Source of the DNA: TPA_inf: Saccharomyces | Taxonomy: Eukaryota | Direction of reading: 5' to 3' | Assembly: GCA_000146045.2 (NCBI GenBank) | Contig: BK006948.2 | Coordinates: 960,001-1,024,000 of the forward strand | Length of the DNA: 64,000 bases | Shown here: positions 21,828 through 36,647 of the stretch, piece by piece | How the letters are laid out: every line of letters begins with the position of its first letter | Position numbering within the stretch: the stretch's first letter is position 1 | The notes under the pieces: generated by a model | The model's input: the letters and a program-made list of their open reading frames with translations, nothing else | Databases searched by the model: none | Told to the model about the DNA's origin: nothing | Translations under genes and position numbers: made by a program

Positions 21828-24785
21828 ATGGGTGAACATGGTGGTCTTGTAGATTTATTGGACAGCGATTTGGAATACTCTATAAATAGGGAAACACCTG
21901 ATAAAAACAATTGCCTTAGCCAGCAAAGTGTCAATGATTCACATTTAACAGCAAAGACCGGCGGCTTGAATGCAAGGTCTTTTCTATCTACGTTAAGCGA
22001 TGATTCCTTAATTGAATATGTCAACCAACTCTCCCAAACTAATAAGAATAATTCTAATCCAACTGCAGGTACTTTAAGATTTACTACTAAAAATATTAGC
22101 TGTGATGAATTACATGCTGATCTTGGCGGTGGCGAAGATTCACCTATAGCTCGTAGCGTCATCGAGATCCAGGAAAGTGATAGCAATGGTGATGATGTTA
22201 AAAAAAATACTGTGTATACTAGGGAGGCTTATTTCCACGAGAAGGCGCACGGACAAACCCTGCAAGATCAAATATTAAAAGATCAATATAAAGATCAAAT
22301 TTCTAGTCAAAGCAGTAAAATATTCAAAAATTGCGTCATCTATATAAATGGCTACACCAAACCTGGAAGACTGCAATTACACGAGATGATAGTTTTACAT
22401 GGCGGAAAATTTTTACACTATTTGTCTTCAAAGAAAACGGTTACTCACATAGTGGCTTCCAATTTACCATTAAAGAAAAGGATTGAATTTGCAAATTACA
22501 AAGTAGTCAGTCCGGATTGGATAGTTGATAGCGTCAAAGAAGCAAGATTATTGCCCTGGCAAAATTACTCGTTAACATCTAAACTTGATGAACAGCAAAA
22601 AAAACTAGATAATTGTAAAACCGTAAATTCAATTCCATTGCCCTCAGAGACTAGCCTGCACAAAGGATCTAAATGTGTAGGGTCGGCATTGTTGCCAGTA
22701 GAACAGCAGTCACCAGTAAATCTCAATAATTTGGAGGCGAAAAGGATAGTCGCTTGTGATGATCCTGATTTCCTTACTTCCTATTTTGCTCATTCGAGAT
22801 TACATCATCTCTCCGCATGGAAGGCCAATCTGAAAGATAAATTTCTGAATGAAAACATCCACAAGTACACCAAAATTACGGATAAGGATACCTACATTAT
22901 CTTTCATATCGATTTTGACTGTTTTTTTGCAACTGTTGCGTATCTATGTAGAAGTTCTAGTTTCTCAGCATGTGATTTTAAACGGGATCCTATAGTGGTA
23001 TGCCATGGTACTAAAAACTCCGATATAGCTAGTTGCAATTATGTAGCAAGGTCATATGGGATTAAAAATGGAATGTGGGTGTCTCAAGCTGAAAAGATGT
23101 TGCCAAATGGGATCAAACTAATATCATTACCATATACCTTTGAGCAATTTCAATTAAAATCGGAAGCCTTTTACAGTACTCTCAAAAGATTGAACATATT
23201 CAATTTGATTTTACCTATATCTATTGATGAAGCTGTTTGTGTGAGGATAATCCCTGATAATATTCATAACACTAATACCTTAAATGCAAGACTGTGCGAA
23301 GAAATACGCCAAGAAATTTTTCAAGGAACGAATGGTTGCACAGTGAGCATTGGATGTTCCGATTCTCTTGTGTTAGCAAGACTAGCTCTCAAAATGGCGA
23401 AACCAAATGGTTACAATATCACGTTTAAGAGTAACCTATCTGAAGAATTCTGGTCTAGTTTCAAACTAGATGATCTGCCTGGAGTTGGGCATTCTACTCT
23501 GTCAAGGTTAGAATCAACGTTTGATAGCCCACATTCTTTAAATGACTTGAGAAAAAGATATACTTTAGATGCTTTGAAGGCGAGCGTCGGCTCTAAGTTA
23601 GGTATGAAGATTCATCTCGCGTTACAAGGCCAAGATGATGAAGAAAGCTTGAAAATACTGTACGATCCCAAAGAAGTCTTACAAAGAAAATCATTATCAA
23701 TTGATATCAATTGGGGAATCAGATTTAAAAATATCACTCAGGTAGACTTGTTCATAGAAAGAGGTTGTCAGTATCTTTTAGAAAAATTGAATGAAATAAA
23801 CAAAACAACGTCACAAATCACATTAAAACTGATGAGAAGATGTAAAGACGCTCCAATTGAACCCCCAAAATATATGGGGATGGGAAGGTGCGACTCATTC
23901 AGTCGGAGCAGCAGATTAGGTATTCCAACAAACGAATTTGGAATTATTGCTACCGAAATGAAAAGTTTGTATCGAACTTTGGGCTGCCCTCCAATGGAAT
24001 TAAGAGGTCTTGCTCTACAATTCAACAAATTGGTTGATGTGGGTCCGGATAACAATCAGCTGAAACTGAGGTTACCGTTTAAAACAATAGTGACGAACAG
24101 AGCTTTCGAAGCCTTACCGGAAGATGTAAAAAATGACATTAACAACGAGTTCGAGAAAAGAAATTATAAGAGAAAAGAATCCGGGTTGACTTCAAACTCA
24201 TTGAGCTCTAAAAAAAAAGGATTTGCCATTTCCAGATTAGAAGTAAATGATTTGCCCAGTACTATGGAAGAACAGTTTATGAATGAACTACCAACCCAAA
24301 TTCGAGCAGAAGTAAGGCACGACTTGAGAATTCAGAAAAAAATCCAACAGACAAAGTTAGGAAACCTACAAGAAAAGATAAAAAGGAGAGAAGAGAGCCT
24401 ACAGAACGAGAAAAATCATTTCATGGGCCAAAATAGTATATTCCAGCCGATCAAATTCCAAAATCTGACACGGTTCAAAAAAATTTGTCAATTAGTGAAA
24501 CAATGGGTTGCCGAAACTTTAGGTGATGGAGGGCCGCATGAAAAAGATGTTAAATTATTCGTGAAATATTTGATTAAACTTTGCGATTCTAATAGAGTCC
24601 ATTTAGTTCTTCATTTATCAAACCTAATATCAAGGGAATTAAATCTCTGCGCCTTTTTAAATCAGGATCATTCAGGCTTCCAAACGTGGGAAAGAATTTT
24701 ACTCAATGATATAATTCCACTTTTAAACAGAAATAAACATACTTACCAGACTGTGCGTAAACTTGACATGGACTTTGAAGTTTGA
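21828..24785 (+). CDS. REV1: Rev1 deoxycytidyl transferase, Y-family translesion DNA polymerase, 985 aa
   Basis: N-terminal BRCT region (CVIYINGYTKPGRLQLHEMIVLHGGKF). Y-family catalytic core with the FHIDFDCFFATVAY motif. Length matches Rev1. Confidence 0.93.
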   Translation: MGEHGGLVDLLDSDLEYSINRETPDKNNCLSQQSVNDSHLTAKTGGLNARSFLSTLSDDSLIEYVNQLSQTNKNNSNPTAGTLRFTTKNISCDELHADLGGGEDSPIARSVIEIQESDSNGDDVKKNTVYTREAYFHEKAHGQTLQDQILKDQYKDQISSQSSKIFKNCVIYINGYTKPGRLQLHEMIVLHGGKFLHYLSSKKTVTHIVASNLPLKKRIEFANYKVVSPDWIVDSVKEARLLPWQNYSLTSKLDEQQKKLDNCKTVNSIPLPSETSLHKGSKCVGSALLPVEQQSPVNLNNLEAKRIVACDDPDFLTSYFAHSRLHHLSAWKANLKDKFLNENIHKYTKITDKDTYIIFHIDFDCFFATVAYLCRSSSFSACDFKRDPIVVCHGTKNSDIASCNYVARSYGIKNGMWVSQAEKMLPNGIKLISLPYTFEQFQLKSEAFYSTLKRLNIFNLILPISIDEAVCVRIIPDNIHNTNTLNARLCEEIRQEIFQGTNGCTVSIGCSDSLVLARLALKMAKPNGYNITFKSNLSEEFWSSFKLDDLPGVGHSTLSRLESTFDSPHSLNDLRKRYTLDALKASVGSKLGMKIHLALQGQDDEESLKILYDPKEVLQRKSLSIDINWGIRFKNITQVDLFIERGCQYLLEKLNEINKTTSQITLKLMRRCKDAPIEPPKYMGMGRCDSFSRSSRLGIPTNEFGIIATEMKSLYRTLGCPPMELRGLALQFNKLVDVGPDNNQLKLRLPFKTIVTNRAFEALPEDVKNDINNEFEKRNYKRKESGLTSNSLSSKKKGFAISRLEVNDLPSTMEEQFMNELPTQIRAEVRHDLRIQKKIQQTKLGNLQEKIKRREESLQNEKNHFMGQNSIFQPIKFQNLTRFKKICQLVKQWVAETLGDGGPHEKDVKLFVKYLIKLCDSNRVHLVLHLSNLISRELNLCAFLNQDHSGFQTWERILLNDIIPLLNRNKHTYQTVRKLDMDFEV

Positions 24786-24941
24786 ATTAAAAAAAAAAAA
24801 ACATTTCAGCATACAGTAAACACGCAGTTTGCGAACATTACCTGTAATATCTGCATGATTATTACCAAAGAAAAAAAAAATAACTGACACAATGGACAAT
24901 TAAATAAAATTAAGTAAAAAAAATAAGGACTTTAATTTTTA

Positions 24942-26462
24942 CTAGAATTCTTGACCAACAGTAGAAATGCGTAAGGTATTGGAATGGCCGACTCCTCCTT
25001 TGAATCCTTGAATGGAAACAACAGTATCACCGTTGTCCACCATTCCGAAAGACCTCGCCATTTCAACACCAAACTTTAGGCGCCTATGAACATCCTCACC
25101 CCAGTCGTCTAGGCGTTTCGGTTCATACAGAAATGGGAAAACACCTCTATACAAATGCGCAATTCTTGCCGTTCTTGCGTGTCTTGTTACTAATATGATA
25201 GGGCAGCTTGGTCTATACTTCGACAGTAGCCTTGCCGTGTTCCCTGTAGTAGATAATACAACGATGGCCTTACCATCTTGCTCCAAGATTGCTGCGGTAG
25301 CTGCAGCTGCTACAGTTTCCGTAGTGGAAGTAGGTTTGGGAGTGGCGTCTCTGAGATCGTCATAAAGAGCCAAATGAGCGATAGTACTTTCAGCAATCAG
25401 AGCGGTCGCCGCCATAATATTAACTGCATTCACCGGATAATCACCCTTCGCCGTTTCTCCAGAAAGCATAACACAATCAGCACCATCCAACACAGCGTTA
25501 CCCACATCCGATACTTCAGCCCTTGTCGGTCTCGGATTGTGTGTCATTGAATCCAGCATCTGAGTCGCGCAAATGACAGGTTTGCCCGCCAAATTACATT
25601 TTGCAATCAGCTTTTTTTGAATGGCTAATACTTCAGGTGCCAGGATTTCAATTCCTAAATCGCCTCTCGCTATCATAACACCATCCGTGACTTCCAGGAT
25701 TTCGTCAAAATTATCCAACCCTTGCTGGTTTTCTATCTTGGATATAATCTTGATATCTTGCCCTTCAGAACCCAACGCTTTTCTGATAGACAACACATCT
25801 TCTGAAGTTCTTATGAAAGAGGCAAATACGATGTGAATGCCATTGCGGACTCCGAATTGCAAGTCCTTCATGTCTTTGGCGGACAAGGGGGGCAAATCAA
25901 CGTCGGTATTAGGCAGATTAACACCTTTATGAGATGCGATATAACCCGAGTTTACCGCTTGCACCCTTAAATTAGATTCGTCAATGATTTGGAGCACTTT
26001 AAAAGAGAGAATCCCGTCGTCCACGTATATAAATCTCCCCGGAACGATAACTTTTGTCAGGTTAGCATAGTCTATATACATGATTTTATCATTGGAGGTG
26101 TTTGCAAAACTTGCGTCAGTGGTAAAGATCATTTGGTGGTCTACGGGGATATAAAGATCTTGGTCATTTAACGTGCGACCTGTTCTGATCTCGGGACCCT
26201 TGGTATCCAGGGCAATGGCGAGCGGCCTGCCAGGGAATTGCTGTTCCGATTTCACAGCATTTTCGATTACTGATTGATGGAATTCGTAGGAGCCATGGGA
26301 AAAGTTCAATCGAATGATGTTCAAACCAGCTTTTCTCAGAGCAGTAATGGCCTCGCAGCTATTTGTCTTGGGCCCAATGGTACCTATTATGGAGGTGCGT
26401 CTGAGCTGCTGCGGAGTTCCTATTTTCAAATTAGCTAGTCTCTGCAATCTGGACTCTGGCAT
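24942..26462 (-). CDS. PYK2: Pyruvate kinase 2 (506 aa; the ORF track extends it by 27 codons upstream to 26543)
   Basis: Pyruvate kinase family: [16 protein letters not shown]-terminus, K+/substrate site and the [11 protein letters not shown] motif. Length from the MPESRL start is 506 aa. Confidence 0.92.
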   Translation of the reverse strand: MPESRLQRLANLKIGTPQQLRRTSIIGTIGPKTNSCEAITALRKAGLNIIRLNFSHGSYEFHQSVIENAVKSEQQFPGRPLAIALDTKGPEIRTGRTLNDQDLYIPVDHQMIFTTDASFANTSNDKIMYIDYANLTKVIVPGRFIYVDDGILSFKVLQIIDESNLRVQAVNSGYIASHKGVNLPNTDVDLPPLSAKDMKDLQFGVRNGIHIVFASFIRTSEDVLSIRKALGSEGQDIKIISKIENQQGLDNFDEILEVTDGVMIARGDLGIEILAPEVLAIQKKLIAKCNLAGKPVICATQMLDSMTHNPRPTRAEVSDVGNAVLDGADCVMLSGETAKGDYPVNAVNIMAATALIAESTIAHLALYDDLRDATPKPTSTTETVAAAATAAILEQDGKAIVVLSTTGNTARLLSKYRPSCPIILVTRHARTARIAHLYRGVFPFLYEPKRLDDWGEDVHRRLKFGVEMARSFGMVDNGDTVVSIQGFKGGVGHSNTLRISTVGQEF

Positions 26463-26898
26463 CGATAGTGCTTTTGTTGTAATCTTACAATGGACGTAGA
26501 GGATGAAAGTAAAATATAGTTGCGTTTCACCGCTCTGCTTCAAAATGTTTTATGTTCTTTGTTTTCTTTCTCCATTTATATAAACGTGTGCATATTAATG
26601 ATATATCATTTTCTCTAAAAAGTTATGACACTTTACCCCTGTTTCCTATGCTGCGTCGCTAAATAAAAGCGACGAGAAAGAAAAAAGGAAACCAAAAGGA
26701 AGAAAAAAAAAGTAAAAGAGAAAAACACGTGTGGAGAACTTTTCATTGACTTTTTACAAATCTCTTGTATGTAAGAATACGCCAGCATTCATTTTATACT
26801 TTTATATATGTGTTTTTACTTCCATCCATCGCGGCGAAGGAGAAAGATTTTTCGAATATTAGTATCGTGAGAGATATCGGAATATGTTCATAAAAGCG

Positions 26899-28782
26899 TT
26901 ACAACAAGGCGTCCAAGAACTTGTCTTTGAAACCGGTGGGGGGTAATCTCATCTCCTCAATTTCTCTTGATTTCTCCTCGATCTCGACTAACCCTGTAGT
27001 AACATCGATCTCGGACACAGGGAGCCACCATTGTCTCCACGTCCGAGTATACAGCTTATGGCCGAACCACAAAACCAGGAAGATGGGTAGGGTGATGTAG
27101 GCAGCAATGAAATCTGCTACTCTCCAGTACTTAGGGATGAAAATGGCATACCCGTTGGTAATGGTGATGATGCCTATAACAATGAGAGAGAACCACACGG
27201 TGTAAGGCTGTCCCCACGTCTTGAAAGGCAATCTGTCGTAGAGGCCATTGTAGAAAATAGCCTTGCGGAATCTCAGGTACGCGATGCAGCCGCACATCCA
27301 GCCCAGAAACCCGGAAATGGTGCTGATATTGGAAAACCAATTAAACACGTCTGCCGTGGATGAAGACACGTTCAGATATGCCAAACAAGAACACAAGAAG
27401 GAAACACCCACAGCCACGTATGGAACACCCCATTTGTTGATTCTGCCCAAACATTTGGGTGCCTGTCCCGTTTGCGCCATGGTCAACAGTGATCTCGTGC
27501 TCGCAAACATAAACGCATTGGCGGCAGACCACGCGCTGGTCAAGATACACCCATTGATAATGTGGGGAAGAACCTTAATCCCGGCGTTTTGAATTCCGAT
27601 CACAAAGGGTGACGAGCCGGCTCCCGGTTTGCCCTGCGCCAGCGCATTTACCAATGTTGGGTCATTGTATGGAACAATAACGGAGATGGCCAGCGTCCCC
27701 AGAACGTAGAAGAAGATCAGTCTCCATACAAAGCGGCGCGAAGCCTTAGCGATATTTCTACGCTGGTCCGCGCATTCCGCGGAAGTCATGCACACCAGTT
27801 CCGGACCAAGAATGAAGGCGAAGGCGCCCTTGATAATCCCAGTGTAGATATCTGTGAAGTTACCCAGCGATCCGCCCGTGAGGTGATGCGCAAAAGCGCC
27901 CGGATGTTGCCAGTATCTGAAGCCAAGACGGTCATGGTTGGGGCCACCACCCCAAAACAAAATAAAGGACAGAATGATCAGTCCCACAATGCATAATATC
28001 TTGATAGACGCGAACCAAAACTCGGATTCGCCGTACACTTTGACCGCGGAAAAGTTTAGTATAACAACCACGCATAGAAAGATCGTGATCCAAACGCCCT
28101 TGGGAACCGCGGTGGTCCAGTATTCGACCACACCGGATGCCGCCGTACACTCGGCGGCCACTAAAATGACGTAGCAGTAGAAGTAATTCCACCCAGTGGC
28201 GAAGCCCAACGAAGGGTCAACGTACCTAGTGACCAGATTGGCCGTCGACCCGGCACTGTCAGAACCATCACCGGGCAAAAAGCACACCATTTCGCCCAGC
28301 GCGCACATGATCGGGTAGATCACCGCGGAAATAATAATGTACGATATGAACAGCCCCGCGGGACCGCACGTATGAAGCGTGGATGAAGTCCCCACCAGCA
28401 AACCGGTACCGATGGCGCCGCCCAGCGCGATCAGTTGCACATGGCGCGACTGCAAACCTTGTTTTAGTTTGTGCGGCTCGCTATCGCCATCGACGGAGGG
28501 CGATTTCTCCAAGTCCACGTCCATAATCAAATCCTCGCGGATGGTGCCGTTGGACGACGCGGACTGGTTCTTAGATATTTTCTCCATACGGATGGCGTCA
28601 TCTTTTTCATTGTCGCTGCGATGATTATTGCGCGACCCGGACGATGGTGATTCCGTTACCTGGACAACATCCTCCTCCTTCTTGGTGTCGCCGCCGCTAC
28701 CGTCGCCGCTAACATCGTCCGCGCAGGTGACGACTCCCGCGCTGTGTCTATTGTTCTTGTGGAAGGGCAGTATATTTACCAT
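26899..28782 (-). CDS. PUT4: High-affinity proline permease (APC/YAT amino-acid permease), 627 aa
   Basis: Twelve predicted transmembrane segments. Yeast amino-acid permease signature regions and a hydrophilic N-terminal tail. Length matches Put4. Confidence 0.9.
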   Translation of the reverse strand: MVNILPFHKNNRHSAGVVTCADDVSGDGSGGDTKKEEDVVQVTESPSSGSRNNHRSDNEKDDAIRMEKISKNQSASSNGTIREDLIMDVDLEKSPSVDGDSEPHKLKQGLQSRHVQLIALGGAIGTGLLVGTSSTLHTCGPAGLFISYIIISAVIYPIMCALGEMVCFLPGDGSDSAGSTANLVTRYVDPSLGFATGWNYFYCYVILVAAECTAASGVVEYWTTAVPKGVWITIFLCVVVILNFSAVKVYGESEFWFASIKILCIVGLIILSFILFWGGGPNHDRLGFRYWQHPGAFAHHLTGGSLGNFTDIYTGIIKGAFAFILGPELVCMTSAECADQRRNIAKASRRFVWRLIFFYVLGTLAISVIVPYNDPTLVNALAQGKPGAGSSPFVIGIQNAGIKVLPHIINGCILTSAWSAANAFMFASTRSLLTMAQTGQAPKCLGRINKWGVPYVAVGVSFLCSCLAYLNVSSSTADVFNWFSNISTISGFLGWMCGCIAYLRFRKAIFYNGLYDRLPFKTWGQPYTVWFSLIVIGIITITNGYAIFIPKYWRVADFIAAYITLPIFLVLWFGHKLYTRTWRQWWLPVSEIDVTTGLVEIEEKSREIEEMRLPPTGFKDKFLDALL

Positions 28783-29707
28783 GATTTATTCATTGATGGT
28801 GTGATTCTTCGAAACAGCAAAGAATAAAAGAAACTGGAAGGGAAGAGAGAAAAAAAAAGGAAAGGAAGAGGAACACAAACCCCCTATATATATATAGAAG
28901 TACATCAGTCTACAAATATTCGAGTGTATAAGTATGTATATACATATATGTTTATGCGTCTGTATCAGTACATGGATGGAGATATGCTGTGCCTACATTC
29001 ATGGAATATTCAGATTGGGGCATGTACATAAACAGACATAATTAGTATTTTGGCCGTAGGTCCTGCCCTACCCTGCAAGGTTCTTCTTGTTATCAGCACT
29101 GGATGGAGGGGTGAAGCAGATAAAACCCCGGTGTAGTTGGCGATAGGCAGAGTGCAGGCACGATGATAGCGAGGGGTTGAAAACGTCCCATTTTCCTTTG
29201 ATAGGAAATATCGGGCAGAAGTTGAAAAGCGACAAAAGCGACAGGCACACGCGAACCGGCTAGGCCACCCAAACGTCATAGCTAGCGCAATGAAAAAAAC
29301 TAACGTCGCTTCCCTTTTGGTTTGATGATGTTTCAACTCGCAGCGCGGGTACCCGGGCTGCCGGAACAAAGCCGTGCAAGTAGCGGCTGTCGTCACGCAC
29401 CATGGGTACCATCTTGTGCCGTGCCGTGCTACCTCAGATTTAGGACCCTGGAGATTTGGCAGACATGACAAGCAATTTTGACAAACTTGTGACAAGATTT
29501 GAACCGCGCGGGAATTCACATTGCAGTATGGACGGACATCCGGCCATCGCGCGCGGGCCCGGTATTTGATCTCCGTTTTAGAAGCACAGAAAAAAATAAT
29601 ATGATGTTATGATGTTTAATAGATGGATTCATATCGTCCGGGTAAAAACGCTTTTGGAGAAATCAAGGAAAATCGCCGAGATCACTAGGAAATACTATTA
29701 CTATTGA

Positions 29708-32833
<3,126 letters not shown>

Positions 32834-32863
32834 AATGTAAACGGCAAATTTTACATATAATCA

Positions 32864-34855
32864 TTATTTTTGTTGCATTTGCTTAGATCTTATGTAAGAA
32901 AATAGATTTTCTACTCTCTTTGCATAGGATACATCCGCAGCAAAATTATATTCCGCATCATTTGCGGTAAATAAAGCTTCATTCCGCATTTCTTTATCTC
33001 TTTTTGCTTTAGATTTTTGGAAAATTTCTGAATCCATATGAAATAGAGTTTTTCGCTCCCCAAAAATTTTGCGCAATTCCATTATGTTTATTGGTTGAAT
33101 GGTCCCTTTTTCTGACTTAAATGGTTTATTCTCAACATACCATTCGCCGACGTCATCTGTTATCTGCAAAACTCTATCGGTGTTTTCTTGTATATCAATT
33201 TCTAAGCTGGATAGCCATTCAGAAATTGCATCTCCGATTTGTATTGGCAACCTCCACGAAAACTTATCACTAAACTTATCGAAAAGAAAAAATTTGTGAC
33301 TTTGTGTAACCAACAAATTATAGAAAGCAAAATAGAAAAAATCAGAATCAGAGTAGTTTTTGCAGACTTTCAACATCGAGAGAAAATCGTGGGAGGTAAA
33401 TTGATAGCCGATTTCATTCAACTGGTTATACAATGCCAGTAGAGTAAGTTTGGTAGAAATATCTTGAGAGGCGCCATGAAAGAGGCAATGAAAAGTGGAA
33501 TTTTCTTTGTTTCCAACTATATTATCTGTGAGTAATAATGGCTGCCATAAATTTTTTTCGTATACTATGTGCTCGACCAATGAAAGCATAAAATCGAAAT
33601 CCTTGCGCACAGATAAGTGACACAGTAGCATATCAATAAAAAAAGCTCTTAAGGAATGCAGGTTGGACTCAGCCTGCATTTGGTCATCAACCTCCTTAAT
33701 GTGCTTTTTCCATACTTCTAAGTTCAGAGGCAAATCACTTAATTTAAACGATAGAAATTGAAGAAATGAATCTTGCTTGAGAGGTTCGAAATTATCTTTT
33801 GATAAAATATGTATGCTCTGCTTCAAACTCACGTCAGTTGGTAATTTTTCAAGTCCGAATTGCCTAGTGACAGCGGTAGTTGATGATAATCCATTCATGG
33901 TTTCAATAACTTTGAGGCAAGAATGGTTCTGGGATAATTGTATCAAGTTGGAGGAATCATGCTGATCAAAATGAAAGTTCCATTCAGACAAGCTCCTTAA
34001 AATCTGACAAGCTTCATTCTCCATATTTTGTGCTATCATTACTTTTAGACTTTTGACTAGGCATGGACTAAATAACTCCAACAATTGAATAGCTCTTTCA
34101 CGCTCCTTCGAACCTCTTAAACCAGAATCCGGTACACATGAGGATAAAATATCCAACATACTTGTCCATTGGGAGGTCTCCACATAAAATGCCAGCTGGG
34201 ATAAATTGGCTAATAATTGACCCTCCGAATTTTCCGCGAACAACCGCTGTATTGCCCTTAAGTAGTAGTTCGATTGGGATTTAACAATTAAAAGAGTACA
34301 ATTCCTCAAAAATTTTATGTTTGCCCGAAATTTTCCTTCTATAGTTAAAGATTTGGTTTTAAGAAAATAATAGCGATCCAATAATTGCAATGAAAATTTA
34401 GCTAGTGCAATTTTGTCATTTGCGGACCGAAGCGATAGTTTATAGAGCATATTAGATAGCTCATGATAAAATTCCAAAGGCAGCCGATCAGGTGGGAATG
34501 CATCAATCTGTCGGCCACTTTTATTTAGCCATTTTATGTGACCTGTGCCAATACGATTCAACAACGCAAAATACAAAGCAGGATTATCGGATGTACGAAG
34601 CTTCTGTAGAGTAGTCAGTACCACATTTAATCGTAAATTTACATTTTGGAGCTTATCTTCATTCAGTTTATCTTTTCTTGTTAGCGCATCCTTCAACCAT
34701 TTATCAGTTATTGAGTTAGTTCTTTTGTTATTTGGTAAACGTTTATGCGATGATGGCTGTCGCCCTAGCTGTGGTAGTATTTCAGGAGTGATTAAAGAGT
34801 CCTTAATCAGCTTACCAATATGACTAGACGAATATCTTTTAAAAAGTAACTTCAT
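32864..34855 (-). CDS. MNE1: Mitochondrial matrix protein involved in COX1 intron splicing, 663 aa
   Basis: 663-aa ORF. N-terminal presequence-like MKLLFKRYSSSHIGKL. Recollection of the YOR350C sequence and length. Confidence 0.8.
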   Translation of the reverse strand: MKLLFKRYSSSHIGKLIKDSLITPEILPQLGRQPSSHKRLPNNKRTNSITDKWLKDALTRKDKLNEDKLQNVNLRLNVVLTTLQKLRTSDNPALYFALLNRIGTGHIKWLNKSGRQIDAFPPDRLPLEFYHELSNMLYKLSLRSANDKIALAKFSLQLLDRYYFLKTKSLTIEGKFRANIKFLRNCTLLIVKSQSNYYLRAIQRLFAENSEGQLLANLSQLAFYVETSQWTSMLDILSSCVPDSGLRGSKERERAIQLLELFSPCLVKSLKVMIAQNMENEACQILRSLSEWNFHFDQHDSSNLIQLSQNHSCLKVIETMNGLSSTTAVTRQFGLEKLPTDVSLKQSIHILSKDNFEPLKQDSFLQFLSFKLSDLPLNLEVWKKHIKEVDDQMQAESNLHSLRAFFIDMLLCHLSVRKDFDFMLSLVEHIVYEKNLWQPLLLTDNIVGNKENSTFHCLFHGASQDISTKLTLLALYNQLNEIGYQFTSHDFLSMLKVCKNYSDSDFFYFAFYNLLVTQSHKFFLFDKFSDKFSWRLPIQIGDAISEWLSSLEIDIQENTDRVLQITDDVGEWYVENKPFKSEKGTIQPINIMELRKIFGERKTLFHMDSEIFQKSKAKRDKEMRNEALFTANDAEYNFAADVSYAKRVENLFSYIRSKQMQQK

Positions 34856-35017
34856 ATTCTTCTTGGCACACTACTATCATTTTTTCTCGCCGTTTCTAGT
34901 AGAAAAGGGCAACTTTTACTTAAAAATCATACAATTGACTTACTTTTTTTTTTTTACACAGATACCTTTTTATTTTGAACTACGCGCAGTTTGAAAGAGG
35001 AAGAGATAATCCTATGA

Positions 35018-36511
35018 TTACTCCAAAACCTTCTTCTTTTTCGGTATTGCCTGAGAAATGATAACACTTTTGGGTAACTTCCTTTTCCAGTCTGAATTTA
35101 TACTTTCTAGTTTAGGGCCTTCGTTATTGCACAATATCTTTTTGTAATATAATCTCTCTAATTGACTTAAGTGTTTTGCAATCCAAATATGTTTGAGACC
35201 TTGCTTACTATTTAATCGTTTAACTACGTCAGTTTGCAAAAGGTCTTTGACAAAACTCTTGGCATTATCTGAAACAATATCCCACTGCTTCAGTTTGAAA
35301 TTCAGCTTCCCAATTTTTGCATTTTGAATAATACTCCTCTCAGAACCATCTCCATAAAAAGGCGAGATCCCTGTTAACATAATGTGTGTAATGACACCCA
35401 AAGACCAAAGATCACATTTACTGTCATAACCTCGTTGCTCTAACGTAGCTGCTCTTGAGAAGCTTTGATATGCTTTTCTGTTTGCTCTGAATCCAACTTC
35501 TGGAGCGCAGTATTCCGGAGTGCCTACGACAGTATGCATTCTTTCTTTGTTGGAATTTAAATCTTTAGCTATACCAAAGTCTGCCAAGACGATTCTAGTG
35601 CACGGTTCTGGCGTACATAACAAAATATTGTCTAGTTTCAAATCGCGGTGAACAATGTCTTGATCATGAAGGTAGTTTAAAGCTTGCAAAATTTGAAAGA
35701 CGATCAATAGCGATTCAGTTTCTGACATGGAAGTTAGACAGTCGCCTTTAGCTAGGTAAGAAAACAAATCACCACCAGGGATAAGATCCTGGAATATGTA
35801 AAGGTGATTGTTCCTGTCACAGAAAGTATGGTAGACTTTGATAATATTTGGGTGATCCAGTCTCAAAAGGATTCGAGCCTCTTTATCGAATTTATTTGGT
35901 TTTAGTTTAATGATCTTCACAGCATAATTTTCAGGGTGATAACAGACATCTTCATCACGTTCTTTTGAGTTATGCGTGATCAGAACATGACCGAAAGTGC
36001 CATTACCCACTATTCTATTTGTTATTTCCCATTGGTCTACTTCCCTCAGAAAACCCATTTGATCTAAAAGTTTTGGGTCCAGAGAAGATTGTAAATCATC
36101 ATTAATCATAAAAACTAGTCGTGTTTTTTTAATGTCATTTTCTTCACTTCCCTGCGATAATTCAATAACGTCGCAATGTTTTAAAAGATACGTTTTGTCC
36201 CTTTTCAAAAGCAAACCGTTCAAATACGTTCCATTAAGAGAACAATCTTTAACGTAGAACATTGGAATACTATCCTCATCAAAAAAGACACACCAAAACA
36301 CGCAATGAACAGAGGAGATAGAGGGATTCGTTAGAACGAGTTGACATTCCTTATCATTTCTCCCAACTTTCACGAGCTGATGCTTTACTATAGGTATTGT
36401 CTGCTCTGTATTATAGCCGCCTACATTAACTTCCAGGTGAGCAGGAGCTACGCCACCTGCCATCTCAATATCATCTTTGGTTGCAAGGTTGCAGCTATAC
36501 AACGGTCTCAT
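35018..36511 (-). CDS. MEK1: Meiosis-specific FHA-domain Ser/Thr kinase, 497 aa (the ORF track extends it by 21 codons to 36574)
   Basis: N-terminal FHA domain (CVFWCVFFDEDS..YVKDCSLNGTYLNG). Kinase subdomains GNGTFGHV, HRDLKLDNILL, DFGIAK and GTPEYCAPE. Length from MRPLYSC is 497 aa. Confidence 0.92.
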   Translation of the reverse strand: MRPLYSCNLATKDDIEMAGGVAPAHLEVNVGGYNTEQTIPIVKHQLVKVGRNDKECQLVLTNPSISSVHCVFWCVFFDEDSIPMFYVKDCSLNGTYLNGLLLKRDKTYLLKHCDVIELSQGSEENDIKKTRLVFMINDDLQSSLDPKLLDQMGFLREVDQWEITNRIVGNGTFGHVLITHNSKERDEDVCYHPENYAVKIIKLKPNKFDKEARILLRLDHPNIIKVYHTFCDRNNHLYIFQDLIPGGDLFSYLAKGDCLTSMSETESLLIVFQILQALNYLHDQDIVHRDLKLDNILLCTPEPCTRIVLADFGIAKDLNSNKERMHTVVGTPEYCAPEVGFRANRKAYQSFSRAATLEQRGYDSKCDLWSLGVITHIMLTGISPFYGDGSERSIIQNAKIGKLNFKLKQWDIVSDNAKSFVKDLLQTDVVKRLNSKQGLKHIWIAKHLSQLERLYYKKILCNNEGPKLESINSDWKRKLPKSVIISQAIPKKKKVLE

Positions 36512-36637
36512 TCCGCTCTTCTTCTTTCTGTTGTATATTTGGTCCTTAATAAAATTTGAAACGTACAAGAGCACTCCAGAAGGAGCTCAAGTAAAAAATT
36601 AGTCAAACCTCTCCCTTTTATACTTGAATGAATGAAA

Positions 36638-36647
36638 TAGCCGCCGA
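36638..36647 (-). promoter_or_regulatory. URS1 (Ume6 site) TCGGCGGCTA about 130 bp upstream of the MEK1 ATG; a second GGCGGCTA core at 36652-36659
   Basis: Plus strand reads tagccgccga, whose reverse complement tcggcggcta is a perfect match to the early-meiotic URS1 consensus. Confidence 0.7.

Noticed and set aside
21812-22186. 124-aa minus-strand ORF overlapping the REV1 start
   Set aside because: Fully antisense to the REV1 N-terminus and upstream region. It is a typical dubious antisense ORF (YOR345C-like).
24786-24941. Possible small feature in the A-rich REV1/PYK2 convergent gap
   Set aside because: Only 156 bp, A/T-rich, and fits two convergent terminators. No structure is evident.
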